Source: an uncultured bacterium
Lineage (GTDB): Bacteria; Vulcanimicrobiota; JAJTBE01; CAYNGH01
Reading direction: 5' to 3'
Assembly (NCBI GenBank): GCA_964396845.1
Contig: CAYNGH010000001.1
Span: forward strand, 11,936-75,935
DNA: 64,000 nucleotides
The position numbers and the translations under genes were made by a program. Under the pieces are notes generated by a model that was given only the letters and a program-made list of their open reading frames with translations, had not been told where the DNA came from and did not search any database. Shown here in pieces: positions 48,550 to 57,919 of this stretch (the stretch's first letter is position 1; every line of letters begins with the position of its first letter).

Positions 48550-50001
48550 ATGAAATCCGGCGAAAAAACAGGTATGGAAAACAACAATGAAAATGCAAAA
48601 CTGACCCGGGGAATGGGTCTTTTCGATTTGGTATTGTTCAATGTAGTGGCCATTGTAGGGCTTCGCTGGGCATCGGTGGCGGCGGGAATCGGGCCATCTT
48701 CTCTGGTGCTGTGGCTGGGGGCGATGCTGTTGTTCTTTATTCCATCGGCCCTAACAGTCACCGAGCTTTCTGCCCGCTGTCCCCGGGAAGGGGGCATATA
48801 TGTCTGGACCCGGGAGGCATTCGGAGAATACCACGGCTTCATATGCGGTTTCTTTTACTGGGTGAACAACCTTGTCTATTACCCCAACCTGCTCATATAC
48901 CTGGGCAGTACTTTTTTGTTCACCTTTGGAGTGCGTTTTTTGCACCTGGAAGAGAACACCACCTACACTGCCATATTTTCCCTGACAGTGCTCTGGTTTG
49001 CCATCATCATAAACACCATCGGCGTGAAACGGGGAAAATGGCTTCAGAATCTGGGAGCCTTCGGCACATGGATTCCCGCCCTGGCCCTTCTTGTGGCGGG
49101 GATAATTTCATGGATTCGATTCGGGCCTGCCAATGTTTTTCAGGGAAACCTGATGCCGGAATTCAGCAATATTCATACTCTTTCCATATTTGCCAGCCTT
49201 TGCTTCGGTTTTGCAGGCATGGAGCTTCAGTCCTGCATGGGTGAGGAGATCCGGGATCCTGTCCGGAATATTCCCCGGGCCGTGTTAATCAGCGGTGTGA
49301 TGATTGCCGGAGTATATGTGATAAGCACCGGCGCTCTGCTGGTGACTCTCCCGTCAGACCGGATAAACATTGTCAGCGGTGTTGTGCAGGTGATTTATGA
49401 GGTGTCCCATCGAATCAACGCCCCCTGGCTGGGGATGGCCCTGGCCCTTCTCATAACCCTGGGAGGTCTTGGAGGTATCGGGGCATGGATGTCGGGCACT
49501 GCCCGGATCCCCTTTGTGGTAGGCATCGATAAATACCTGCCCCCATGGCTGGCCCGGATTCATCCCCGGTGGGGTACACCGGCAAACGCCATCATCACCA
49601 TGGGGATCATATCCACCCTTTTCGTGTTGATGGGAACTGCCGGGGCCACGGTGAAGGAGGCTTATCAACTGCTGGTGGTGGGAACCTTAATTCTTTATTT
49701 TATTCCCTATGTATATCTTTTTGCAGCTTTTATCCGCTGGAAGAAACTGAACATGGGAGAGAGAACTGCCATGAATTATCCCTGGTGGCTTGGCATTGTG
49801 GGGATCATCACAACAATAATGGCCATGGGTCTTTCCATTATCCCCCCCCAGGACGTGAAAAGCCCGGCGGTTTATTTATACAAGGTCATCGGCGGGGTAG
49901 TTTTCTTCTGGATTATCGGCTGGGTCATGTTCCGGCAGGCCAGCATTAAAAAAGAGTCGGAAGGGGAGGACTCTCCCGGCAATTCCCCGGAAGACAGCTG
50001 A
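48550..50001 (+). CDS. APC-family amino acid permease
   Basis: About 12 TM helices with APC-like blocks (GMGLFDLVLFNVVAIVGLRW..., ...FAGMELQSCMGEEIRDP...). Start at the ATG after RBS GGAGAT. Confidence 0.75.
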   Translation: MKSGEKTGMENNNENAKLTRGMGLFDLVLFNVVAIVGLRWASVAAGIGPSSLVLWLGAMLLFFIPSALTVTELSARCPREGGIYVWTREAFGEYHGFICGFFYWVNNLVYYPNLLIYLGSTFLFTFGVRFLHLEENTTYTAIFSLTVLWFAIIINTIGVKRGKWLQNLGAFGTWIPALALLVAGIISWIRFGPANVFQGNLMPEFSNIHTLSIFASLCFGFAGMELQSCMGEEIRDPVRNIPRAVLISGVMIAGVYVISTGALLVTLPSDRINIVSGVVQVIYEVSHRINAPWLGMALALLITLGGLGGIGAWMSGTARIPFVVGIDKYLPPWLARIHPRWGTPANAIITMGIISTLFVLMGTAGATVKEAYQLLVVGTLILYFIPYVYLFAAFIRWKKLNMGERTAMNYPWWLGIVGIITTIMAMGLSIIPPQDVKSPAVYLYKVIGGVVFFWIIGWVMFRQASIKKESEGEDSPGNSPEDS

Positions 50002-50061
50002 TGAAGGATTATAGGAGGCATATATGGAATTGGCAGATAAGCATGAAATATGGAGGATAAT

Positions 50062-50577
50062 ATGTTAGTCTGTTTTCGTTGCGGTCATGGGAATGATCCA
50101 AAGGAAAACTACTGCCTGGGGTGCGGGGCAACCCTTCCCAAGCTGGCCTATACCATGGACATGGGGTCGGGAGAGGTGATCATGGACCTGTATGAAAAGT
50201 TTGCCGATGCCGCAGCCCTGGTATCCACCGGCCAGATATCCCTGGATGAGTTTGAAGATTTCCTTGTCAAGCAGAATGACAAGCAGAAGGGCATGGAGCA
50301 GGAAATCCGGGACACTGAAATATCCGAGGATATCATGGAGGATTTCGAAGAAGAACTGGAAGCAGGCTTTACCGGTATTGAACTTGTCAACGAGGGGATT
50401 GAAATTATGGCCCAGTTCCTTGACGAGCAGAATCAGAAATATCTTGATGAAGGACTGGACTCGATAAAACAGGGGATGGCATATCTCAACAAGGCTTTCA
50501 TTCTGAACCGCCAGCGGGACAAGCGCCAGTCCCATTATGCGGATCTGATGAGAAGAGATAACTCCATGGAGCTGTGA
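50062..50577 (+). CDS. zinc-ribbon domain protein (acidic helical C-terminal region)
   Basis: MLVCFRCGHGNDPKENYCLGCGA, with RBS GGAGGA upstream. It has the same C-x2-C...YCLGCG arrangement as the kinase N-terminus at 38882..40990. Confidence 0.4.
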   Translation: MLVCFRCGHGNDPKENYCLGCGATLPKLAYTMDMGSGEVIMDLYEKFADAAALVSTGQISLDEFEDFLVKQNDKQKGMEQEIRDTEISEDIMEDFEEELEAGFTGIELVNEGIEIMAQFLDEQNQKYLDEGLDSIKQGMAYLNKAFILNRQRDKRQSHYADLMRRDNSMEL

Positions 50578-51101
50578 TGTTTCACCTTCCACGGCTGATT
50601 TTTTCCATGAATGAAAACTCCATATTCCTTGAGGATTGCAACAGGGAACAAAGGTTGTTCTGTCTGCCGGCTCACAACAACACCGTCAACCCCCACGGGG
50701 ATCCCATGGTGACTGGCTCCAACGCTCCTGCTCCTTTTGGTTTTCTTTGTCTTTCCCTGCCGGATTTCATCAGTCATGATTACCGCCGGGAGTTTTATCG
50801 CAGGTTCATCTTTGGGCCAGGCCCGGGGTTGGGTGAATCCCTGGTGGAAGGATGGGGGGAGTTTCTGGTTCACGAGATGGGGCCTGTCCGCTTTGCCCTG
50901 GGCAGTCCCCATGCTCCGGAGGGAACCGCTGATAGGGCTGCCTGGGATCGGGAGCTGTTGATCCATGGCGGTGGTTATCCCCAGAAGCTGACTCACGGCT
51001 GCATCAGGATGGCGGATCATCACATTGAACAGTTGGCGGCCATGGTCATCGTCCTTATGCGTCGCGGGGTTCCCGTCACCAGCATCCTCAAGGTTCCCTG
51101 A
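50574..51101 (+). CDS. L,D-transpeptidase catalytic-domain (YkuD-like) protein
   Basis: LIHGGGYPQKLTHGCIRMADHHIEQL matches the L,D-transpeptidase active-site HG...SHGC[IV]R pattern. I see no obvious signal peptide. Confidence 0.6.
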   Translation: MMFHLPRLIFSMNENSIFLEDCNREQRLFCLPAHNNTVNPHGDPMVTGSNAPAPFGFLCLSLPDFISHDYRREFYRRFIFGPGPGLGESLVEGWGEFLVHEMGPVRFALGSPHAPEGTADRAAWDRELLIHGGGYPQKLTHGCIRMADHHIEQLAAMVIVLMRRGVPVTSILKVP

Positions 51102-51151
51102 CCGGTCAGTTTTGCCTTGTTTCCCTGTAAAGGGCCTGCTATAATCTTCTT

Positions 51152-52552
51152 ATGAAAATTCTCCTTGTTGCCCCGAATCACCGGCGGATTCTGTCGCCGG
51201 GATATATGAAGACCATTCAGGAATGTATTGGTCATCTGCCTCCCCTGGGGCTTCTTTCCATTGCAGGATACCTGCTGGAGAATACCTCCCACCGGGTAAG
51301 AGTGGTTGACGCCCTTACCGGGGATCTGACTCCCCATCAGGTGGGAGAGATAGTCAAAGAGGAAAAGCCCGATGTGGTGGGGATTCACGCCATCACCCTG
51401 GCCCTGCTGGATGTGCTGGATATGGTGGATGCCGTCAGGACGGCGGATCCATCGGCAGGGGTTCTTCTGGGAGGCCCCCATGTATCGGTGTTTCCTGGTG
51501 AGTCTGTGGGTTATGCCGGTGTGGATTTTGCTGTTGCCGGTGAAGGTGAAGAGCCGGTGGCAAGACTTCTGGACATGCTGGAGTCCGGCGGTGATCCCGG
51601 TGAGATTGACGGGGTGATGACTCCCTCCACCGGCCCAAAAACCCCTTTCATCCATAAGGATCTGGACTCTCTGCCTCCTCCTGCCAGGCATCTGACTTCC
51701 TTTGAAAAATATCATACCGTGGTGAGCAGTCATCCTCCTTCCACCACCATCATGAGCAGTCGGGGCTGTCCTTTTTGTTGCACATTCTGTCATACCGCCG
51801 GTGGCAAGGTTTTTCGCCCCCGTTCTCCGGAGAAAGTCGTGAAGGAGGTAAATCAATGCCTGGATATGGGGATCCGGGAATTTTTCTTTTTTGATGAAAC
51901 CTTCACCGTCCACCGGGATCGGGTGATTGACATATGCCGGCGGTTGATTGACGGCGGACGGGAAGTGATATGGGATGCCCGGTGCCGGGTTGATCTGGTT
52001 GATGAAGAGCTTTTGGGATGGATGGTCAGGGCCGGGTGCCGTCGGATTCAATACGGGGTGGAATCGGGCAGTGCAAAGGTGTTGGATCGCCTGGGGAAAG
52101 GATTTGATCCTGATACCGCCGAGAACGCCATTATGGCAACCCGGAAGGCTGGCATCGCAGCTTATGCTGATTTTATGATTGGCAATCCTGGTGAAACTCT
52201 GGAGGATATGGAGGAAACCTTTCTATTTGCCCGAAGAACAAGACCTGATTATGTCCATTTTTCCATAACCATGCCTCTTCCCGGCACTCCCCTTTATCAG
52301 GAGGCTATGGATATGGGGATTATCTCCGGGGACTCCTGGAGGGGATTCGCCCGGAATCCGTCCCCTGACTTCCGGGTTCCTTACTGGGAGGAGAACTTCA
52401 CCGGGGAGGAGCTGGAAAAACTCCTGGGCCGGGCATACCGTGAGTTTTATTTTAGTCCCGGCTATCTGATCTCGGCCCTGGGGGGGCTTACTTCTCCGGG
52501 AGAGGCTCTCCGCAAGGCCCGGGCAGGATTCCGCCTGCTGACAGGGCTATAG
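51152..52552 (+). CDS. B12-binding radical SAM protein (466 aa)
   Basis: N-terminal cobalamin-binding fold (MKILLVAPN...LPPLGLLSIAGYL...AVAGEGEEP). Radical-SAM Cys triad SSRGCPFCCTFCH. Confidence 0.85.
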   Translation: MKILLVAPNHRRILSPGYMKTIQECIGHLPPLGLLSIAGYLLENTSHRVRVVDALTGDLTPHQVGEIVKEEKPDVVGIHAITLALLDVLDMVDAVRTADPSAGVLLGGPHVSVFPGESVGYAGVDFAVAGEGEEPVARLLDMLESGGDPGEIDGVMTPSTGPKTPFIHKDLDSLPPPARHLTSFEKYHTVVSSHPPSTTIMSSRGCPFCCTFCHTAGGKVFRPRSPEKVVKEVNQCLDMGIREFFFFDETFTVHRDRVIDICRRLIDGGREVIWDARCRVDLVDEELLGWMVRAGCRRIQYGVESGSAKVLDRLGKGFDPDTAENAIMATRKAGIAAYADFMIGNPGETLEDMEETFLFARRTRPDYVHFSITMPLPGTPLYQEAMDMGIISGDSWRGFARNPSPDFRVPYWEENFTGEELEKLLGRAYREFYFSPGYLISALGGLTSPGEALRKARAGFRLLTGL

Positions 52553-52573
52553 GGTATCTTTTAACTGGCGGGG

Positions 52574-54199
52574 GTGTTTTTGGAAAAATTTCTGGCCCAT
52601 ACTTATCATCACTGGATATATATTCTGGTGATCATCACTTTGGCATCCATGGCCTGGATTGCAATGTTCCGCCGGGGTGATTTCCGGGACATAAAGAAAT
52701 CCCACTGGGAATGGCTAATGGTTATAATGATTCTGGGAATCCTGTTCCGGTGGGGTTTTTCCCCCATGAAGCCCCAGGTGTTTCATGACGAGTTTTATTA
52801 TCTGTCCGCAGGGGAAAACACTGCGGTCAACAATGTAATCACTCCTCTTATTCTCAGGGGTTATCCGCCGGGCGATGGCCGAACATATCACTTCAATCCG
52901 CCTTATCCCCATGCCTGGCCCGGGGTTTTATCCATAATTTTTCGAGTGGTTCGCCGGTGCAGTTTTGCCGTGGCATCCCGGTTCAGCTTTGTTCTGTCTT
53001 GTCTTGTTCCTTTGTGGATTTTTTTTGCCGGCTGTTTTCTTATGCAGGATCTTGGCCCCAATCCATCGGCCCGGCGTTATTCCGGCCCTAAATGCGGTCT
53101 GGCAGGGGCTTTGTGCTGGGCCTGTCTGCCGGTGTTAATCAAATTCACCGGGTCTGCCGCCATGGAGCCGGCATCGGCCTTTTTTATTTCCCTGTTTCTG
53201 GGGGCATTGTTTCTTTATCACCGGCACCCTTCAAAACCGGCCTTCCTGCTGATGGCCTCAACAGGGGGGCTGATGATAAACTCCCGGCCAGAAAACCTGT
53301 TTTATTTGCTGATTGCCGGGGTCTTTCTTGTCCCGAAGATAAAAAAAATCCCCAGGGATGTCCTGTGGACCGGGGGTTTTATCTTGGGGCTGTCCCTGGC
53401 CGGGGCCTTTCTGATTATGGCCTCGGGACTGCCGGATCCTGAAAGGGCGCATGTGTTCACAATAATCCCCCGGGAGGCCTTTCCGGGGCCGGTGCAAAAT
53501 GCCCTTGCAAATTTATGGAATAACCTGCTTTTTCTTCTGGGATTCTGGGGGATTCATCCCGTGGTTCTGACCTTGGCCGGGGCTTTTGGATTGTATAGGA
53601 TGATCCTTGCCGGGGACTGTCCCCCCAGGGGTTATCTGATGGGGATATGGGGCCTTGTCATTTACCTGATATTGTCGATGTTTCCCTTTGGGGACTTTGC
53701 CGGCCAAAATTCTTATGACGCTTCCCGGTTTTCCATTCACCTGTATTTTCCCCTTATTTTTACTGCTTCGTATGGTTTCCACAGATTTATCAGTCTTTTT
53801 GCCGGGACTGCTCTCCGCCGTCTGGCCCTGACCCTGACGGTTCTGATTATATTGTTTTCCCCTTTTAGGGCGTTGGATTATCTGGGGACAAGGCATCCTC
53901 ACCAGAATTTTTACCAGGCAACCCGACAGCTTTCAAAAATGCTTCCGGGGGATGCTCTGGTGATGGCGGAAAGCCCCGAGGCTGCTCTCATGCTTCGTTT
54001 TGCCCTGGACAAGCCGGCTTTTCTCATAAAAACCGCCGATGATGTGAATTCCCTTGACCCCGGCGAGTGCGGGTTGTTTCTCTTTTCCACAGAATCACCC
54101 TCGGAGATGATCCTTGAGAATTTCCGACTGGAGCCTTTTAGTAGTTTTGGTTCCGGGACAGGCGGATATACGGTTTTTCGCATGGAAAAGCTTGAGTGA
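52574..54199 (+). CDS. polytopic membrane protein, GT-C-fold (ArnT/PMT-like) glycosyltransferase candidate
   Basis: At least 10 TM helices. HDEFYYLSAGEN in the first extracytoplasmic loop resembles the DE motif of GT39/GT83 enzymes. Confidence 0.45.
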   Translation: MFLEKFLAHTYHHWIYILVIITLASMAWIAMFRRGDFRDIKKSHWEWLMVIMILGILFRWGFSPMKPQVFHDEFYYLSAGENTAVNNVITPLILRGYPPGDGRTYHFNPPYPHAWPGVLSIIFRVVRRCSFAVASRFSFVLSCLVPLWIFFAGCFLMQDLGPNPSARRYSGPKCGLAGALCWACLPVLIKFTGSAAMEPASAFFISLFLGALFLYHRHPSKPAFLLMASTGGLMINSRPENLFYLLIAGVFLVPKIKKIPRDVLWTGGFILGLSLAGAFLIMASGLPDPERAHVFTIIPREAFPGPVQNALANLWNNLLFLLGFWGIHPVVLTLAGAFGLYRMILAGDCPPRGYLMGIWGLVIYLILSMFPFGDFAGQNSYDASRFSIHLYFPLIFTASYGFHRFISLFAGTALRRLALTLTVLIILFSPFRALDYLGTRHPHQNFYQATRQLSKMLPGDALVMAESPEAALMLRFALDKPAFLIKTADDVNSLDPGECGLFLFSTESPSEMILENFRLEPFSSFGSGTGGYTVFRMEKLE

Positions 54200-54284
54200 C
54201 GGGAATGGAGTTTAGAAATAAAGGAAGTATGGAAGCCAGGAGCAATATTATTTCTGTGGGAATACTTTTCGAGGGAGCAGGAAA

Positions 54285-54515
54285 ATGTTGGTTCTTAGCA
54301 GGAAGCTGAATGAGTCGATAATGATTGACAACCAGATCCGTATTACTGTGGTTGATGTCCGGGGTGACCAGGTGAGTATCGGCATATCTGCTCCCCCGGG
54401 GATCAAGATTTACCGCTCGGAGCTTTGGGAAGCCATCCGGCGGGAGAATATTTCATCGGGTTCTGCCGGGGACGGGGATTTACAGGAGATTTCCAGAAAG
54501 TTCAAAAAAAAATAG
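54285..54515 (+). CDS. csrA: carbon storage regulator CsrA
   Basis: MLVLSRKLNESIMIDNQIRITVVDVRGDQVSIGISAPPGIKIYRSELWE. Confidence 0.85.
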   Translation: MLVLSRKLNESIMIDNQIRITVVDVRGDQVSIGISAPPGIKIYRSELWEAIRRENISSGSAGDGDLQEISRKFKKK

Positions 54516-54563
54516 ACCGCAGGGATTCCTTTGATCTAATGTCTATTCGTCGATTTATACCTT

Positions 54564-55334
54564 TCAGCTGGCCCGGCCTGCCATGACCTGGTTGCTCCGG
54601 GTTATTTTTGCCCTCAGTTTTCGCAGGGCGGTGGTATGGATCTGGCTGATTCTGGCCTCGGAGATATGCATGATGCACTTGATTTCCTTGAGGGTGAGAT
54701 CCTCAAGATAATAAAGTGACAGCACCAGTTTTTCCTTGTGAGTCAACTCCGAGAGGGCTTTTCTGAGCTGTTCCTTTATCTCTATTCGTTCAAACTCGTT
54801 GTGTTCCCGGAAGCGGTTGAGGTGGTTCTGTCTTTCCCCCGAGTAAAAGTAGCGGTTGGAAAAGGTCTGAAGGTCTTCAAAGGACAACATGTGGGATTGC
54901 TCCACCGCGTTGATTATCTGGCTCAGCTTGTTTCTGGGAAGCTCCATATGGGTGGAAATCTCCTCGGGGGAGGGTTCTCTTTTCAATGCCTGTTGCAGTT
55001 CTTCTCTGGCCCGATCGATCTTTTTAGACATCTTGCGAATCCGCCGGGGAACCCAGTCCATGGATCGCAGGGAATCCAGAATCGATCCCTTGATCCTGAT
55101 GGAAGCATATGTTGAGAACTTCATGCCGTATTTTTCATCAAACTTGACCGCAGCATCCATAAGCCCCATGATTCCATCATGAACCAGATCATCGGTGTCG
55201 ATGTGGCGGGGCAGGAATATAGCCATCTTGCTGGCTATCATTTTAACCAGGTGAAGGTTCTGGCGGATGAGTTCTTTTTTGTTCTCATCCAGCCTTTCTG
55301 TGGTTTTTCTCATAACTGCTCCCATTCTTATCAC
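54564..55334 (-). CDS. fliA: flagellar sigma factor (sigma-28, FliA/WhiG family)
   Basis: Sigma-70 region 2 LVHDGIMGLMDAAVKFD...FSTYASIRIKGSILDSLR and region 4 LSLYYLEDLTLKEIKCIMHISEARISQIHTTALRKLR. It lies at the 3' end of the flhA operon. Confidence 0.8.
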   Translation of the reverse strand: MIRMGAVMRKTTERLDENKKELIRQNLHLVKMIASKMAIFLPRHIDTDDLVHDGIMGLMDAAVKFDEKYGMKFSTYASIRIKGSILDSLRSMDWVPRRIRKMSKKIDRAREELQQALKREPSPEEISTHMELPRNKLSQIINAVEQSHMLSFEDLQTFSNRYFYSGERQNHLNRFREHNEFERIEIKEQLRKALSELTHKEKLVLSLYYLEDLTLKEIKCIMHISEARISQIHTTALRKLRAKITRSNQVMAGRAS

Positions 55335-55385
55335 CCATTACTGTATTTACAAACATTCATGAAAACACTTAAAAAAATTGAAGAA

Positions 55386-57527
55386 CTATACCTTTGTATT
55401 AGACATTCCTCCAGGGACTGTTCTTTCGGCGGTATCAGACAGCTTCATGATGTCAATGGTTTCAATGGAGGCTTCCCGGAGGATTTCATTGTATGAAAGA
55501 ACCACAAGTTCCGGGGCTACTTTCTCCGAGAGCTTCTTGACATATATCCGAATAGTCTGGGAGCACAGGATGATGGGTTGGTGTCCCAGGAGGGTGACCT
55601 TTCGGATGGAATCCAGCAGGGCTTCATAGAACCGTTTCAGGTTGTAGGGATCGATGGCTGCCAGGGGCTGATTTCTATCCTGGGCCACGGCTTCCCGGAT
55701 CAGGTTCTCGATTTCCATCCCCAGGGTTATTACAGGAATGGTGCCGTCTTCCAGCTGGTATTTTCGACAGATGGTCCGGGCCAGGGCAACTCGAACCTGT
55801 TCGGTGAGATAATAAATGTCTTTGGTGCGGGTAGCAAAATCTGCCAGCACTTCCAGGATCTGGCGCATGTTTTTCACTGGGATTCCCTCGGACAGGAGGT
55901 TCTGGAGTATCTTCTGGATATCCCCCACCGACAGCAATGACGGAGTAAGCTCCTTGATGAGGGTGGGATATTTTTCTCCCACTCTGGAAACAAGATCCTG
56001 GGTTTCCTGCCGTCCCAACAGCAGGGGGGCCCGAGATTTGATGATCTCCGAAAGATGAGTGGCAACAATCGAGGATCCGTCAATAACAGTATAGCCCAGG
56101 ATTTCCGCCTCGTCCCGATCCTCTTCCCGGATCCACAGGGCTGGAAGTCCGAACACCGGTTCCCGGGTGTCGATGCCTTCCAGATCCTCATCAAGGAGAT
56201 CCTCGGAGGCTTCTCCTCCCATGGCCAAAAGACGCCCGCTCATCATTTCATACTGGGCCATGGTTTCGCCGAATATTTTAATCCGGTACTGCCGGGGATT
56301 AAGCTGTATATTGTCCCTGATCCGCACCGGGGGCACTACTATGCCAAGTTCCTGGGCACAGGTCTTGCGCACCATCAGAACCCGATTCAACAGATCCCCT
56401 CCCTGTTTTTCATCCACCAGGGATACAAGACTATAGCCGATTTCCACTTCCAGGGGCTCCAGGTCCAGCACGGGTATGGCAATTTCCGGCTCCCTTCCCG
56501 TCTGCCGGGCTTTTTCTTCCTGCACCTGGGCTTGCTGTTGCCGGGCTTCTTCTACTTTTTCCTTTTCTGCTTCCGCGGATATTTTTCGAGAAAGAACAAA
56601 AACCCCGATGGAGAGGACTATGAAAGGCATCCTGGGGAGTCCCGGCACCAGGGCAAAGGCTGCCAGAAGACCTGCCAGGATCTGCAGTATCCGGGGTTGC
56701 TGAAGGATCTGCTCAGTGACATCAACCCCCAGGTTTGATTCTGAAGCAGCCCTGGTGACTATGATTCCCATGCCTGTGGAAATCAAAAGTGCCGGGATCT
56801 GGGTGATAAGCCCCTCGCCCACCGTCAGCAGAGTGAACCGTTTCATGGCTTCCACAATGGTCATCCCCTGCTGGGTGCTTCCCACCACTATGCCCCCCAG
56901 AATATTAATGATGATGATGACCACCGAGGCGATGGCATCCCCCTTGATGAATTTTCCCGCTCCGTCCATGGCTCCATAGAAATCCGCTTCCCGTTCAATC
57001 TTGTGCCGTCGTGCTCTGGCGTCTTCCTGAGAGATCATTCCCGATGACAGGTCAGCGTCGATGGACATCTGTTTGCCGGGCATAGCGTCCAGAGTGAACC
57101 GGGCTGCCACTTCTGCAACCCGCTGGGCACCGCTGGTGATAACCACAAATTGAACAACCACCAGTATCAGAAATATCACCAGACCAACGACATAATTTCC
57201 CCCCACCACGAAATCGCCGAATGCGCCGATGAGCTGGCCGGCAAAACCTGTCAGGAGAATCAGCCGGGTACCGCCGATATTGAGAGATAACCGCAGGAGA
57301 GTGACCACCAGCAGAAGCGACGGGAAGACAGAGAAGTTCAGAGGCTCCAGGGTGTACATGGCCACCAGCATGATCATGAGGCTCAAGGTGATGTTGAAGG
57401 CATGGAGGAAATCCAGCAGGAAGGGAGGCAGAGGCAAAACCATAAACACAATCATGGCCACCATCCCCAGCACCAGCAGGATGTCGGCATTTTTGAACAT
57501 TTCCTTTTTTGATTTGGACATGCTCAT
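55386..57527 (-). CDS. flhA: flagellar type III export apparatus protein FlhA
   Basis: FKNADILLVLGMVAMIVFMVLPLP...GGNYVVGLVIFLILVVVQFVVITSG... plus the C-terminal cytoplasmic domain; 713 aa. Confidence 0.9.
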   Translation of the reverse strand: MSMSKSKKEMFKNADILLVLGMVAMIVFMVLPLPPFLLDFLHAFNITLSLMIMLVAMYTLEPLNFSVFPSLLLVVTLLRLSLNIGGTRLILLTGFAGQLIGAFGDFVVGGNYVVGLVIFLILVVVQFVVITSGAQRVAEVAARFTLDAMPGKQMSIDADLSSGMISQEDARARRHKIEREADFYGAMDGAGKFIKGDAIASVVIIIINILGGIVVGSTQQGMTIVEAMKRFTLLTVGEGLITQIPALLISTGMGIIVTRAASESNLGVDVTEQILQQPRILQILAGLLAAFALVPGLPRMPFIVLSIGVFVLSRKISAEAEKEKVEEARQQQAQVQEEKARQTGREPEIAIPVLDLEPLEVEIGYSLVSLVDEKQGGDLLNRVLMVRKTCAQELGIVVPPVRIRDNIQLNPRQYRIKIFGETMAQYEMMSGRLLAMGGEASEDLLDEDLEGIDTREPVFGLPALWIREEDRDEAEILGYTVIDGSSIVATHLSEIIKSRAPLLLGRQETQDLVSRVGEKYPTLIKELTPSLLSVGDIQKILQNLLSEGIPVKNMRQILEVLADFATRTKDIYYLTEQVRVALARTICRKYQLEDGTIPVITLGMEIENLIREAVAQDRNQPLAAIDPYNLKRFYEALLDSIRKVTLLGHQPIILCSQTIRIYVKKLSEKVAPELVVLSYNEILREASIETIDIMKLSDTAERTVPGGMSNTKV

Positions 57528-57844
57528 TGACCTTCTCCTTCCACATCAAGACCCATCTCAAGTCGTTCCACAAAGGCGATAACTTCTGCCACTGCCTGGT
57601 ACATGTCGGGAGGAATCTCCTCTCCTAACTTCACTCCGTGGTAAAGGGCCCGGGCCAGGGGCTTGTTTTCAAAGAGTTGCACTTCATGTTCCTGGGCAAT
57701 TTTTTTGATCTGCATGGCCAGATGATCCTGTCCCCTGGCCACCACCACCGGGGCGTTGTCTTTCACCTCGTCGAACCGCAGGGCTACGGCAAAGTGGGTG
57801 GGGTTGGTCACCACCACCTTTGAGGTTTTCACATCATTGAGCAT
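57524..57844 (-). CDS. flhB: FlhB C-terminal (cytoplasmic, NPTH autocleavage) portion, downstream of an in-frame TAA
   Basis: MLNDVKTSKVVVTNPTHFAVALRFDEV... It is in the same frame as 57920..58615, separated by TAA (57920..57922) plus 25 sense codons that still read like FlhB (HKSIEGDPFVKSRIRSKQKQLARAR). Confidence 0.8.
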   Translation of the reverse strand: MLNDVKTSKVVVTNPTHFAVALRFDEVKDNAPVVVARGQDHLAMQIKKIAQEHEVQLFENKPLARALYHGVKLGEEIPPDMYQAVAEVIAFVERLEMGLDVEGEGQ

Positions 57845-57919
57845 CCTCGCCCGGGCCAGTTGTTTCTGTTTGCTTCGAATCCTGCTCTTGACAAAGGGAT
57901 CTCCTTCGATGGATTTGTG

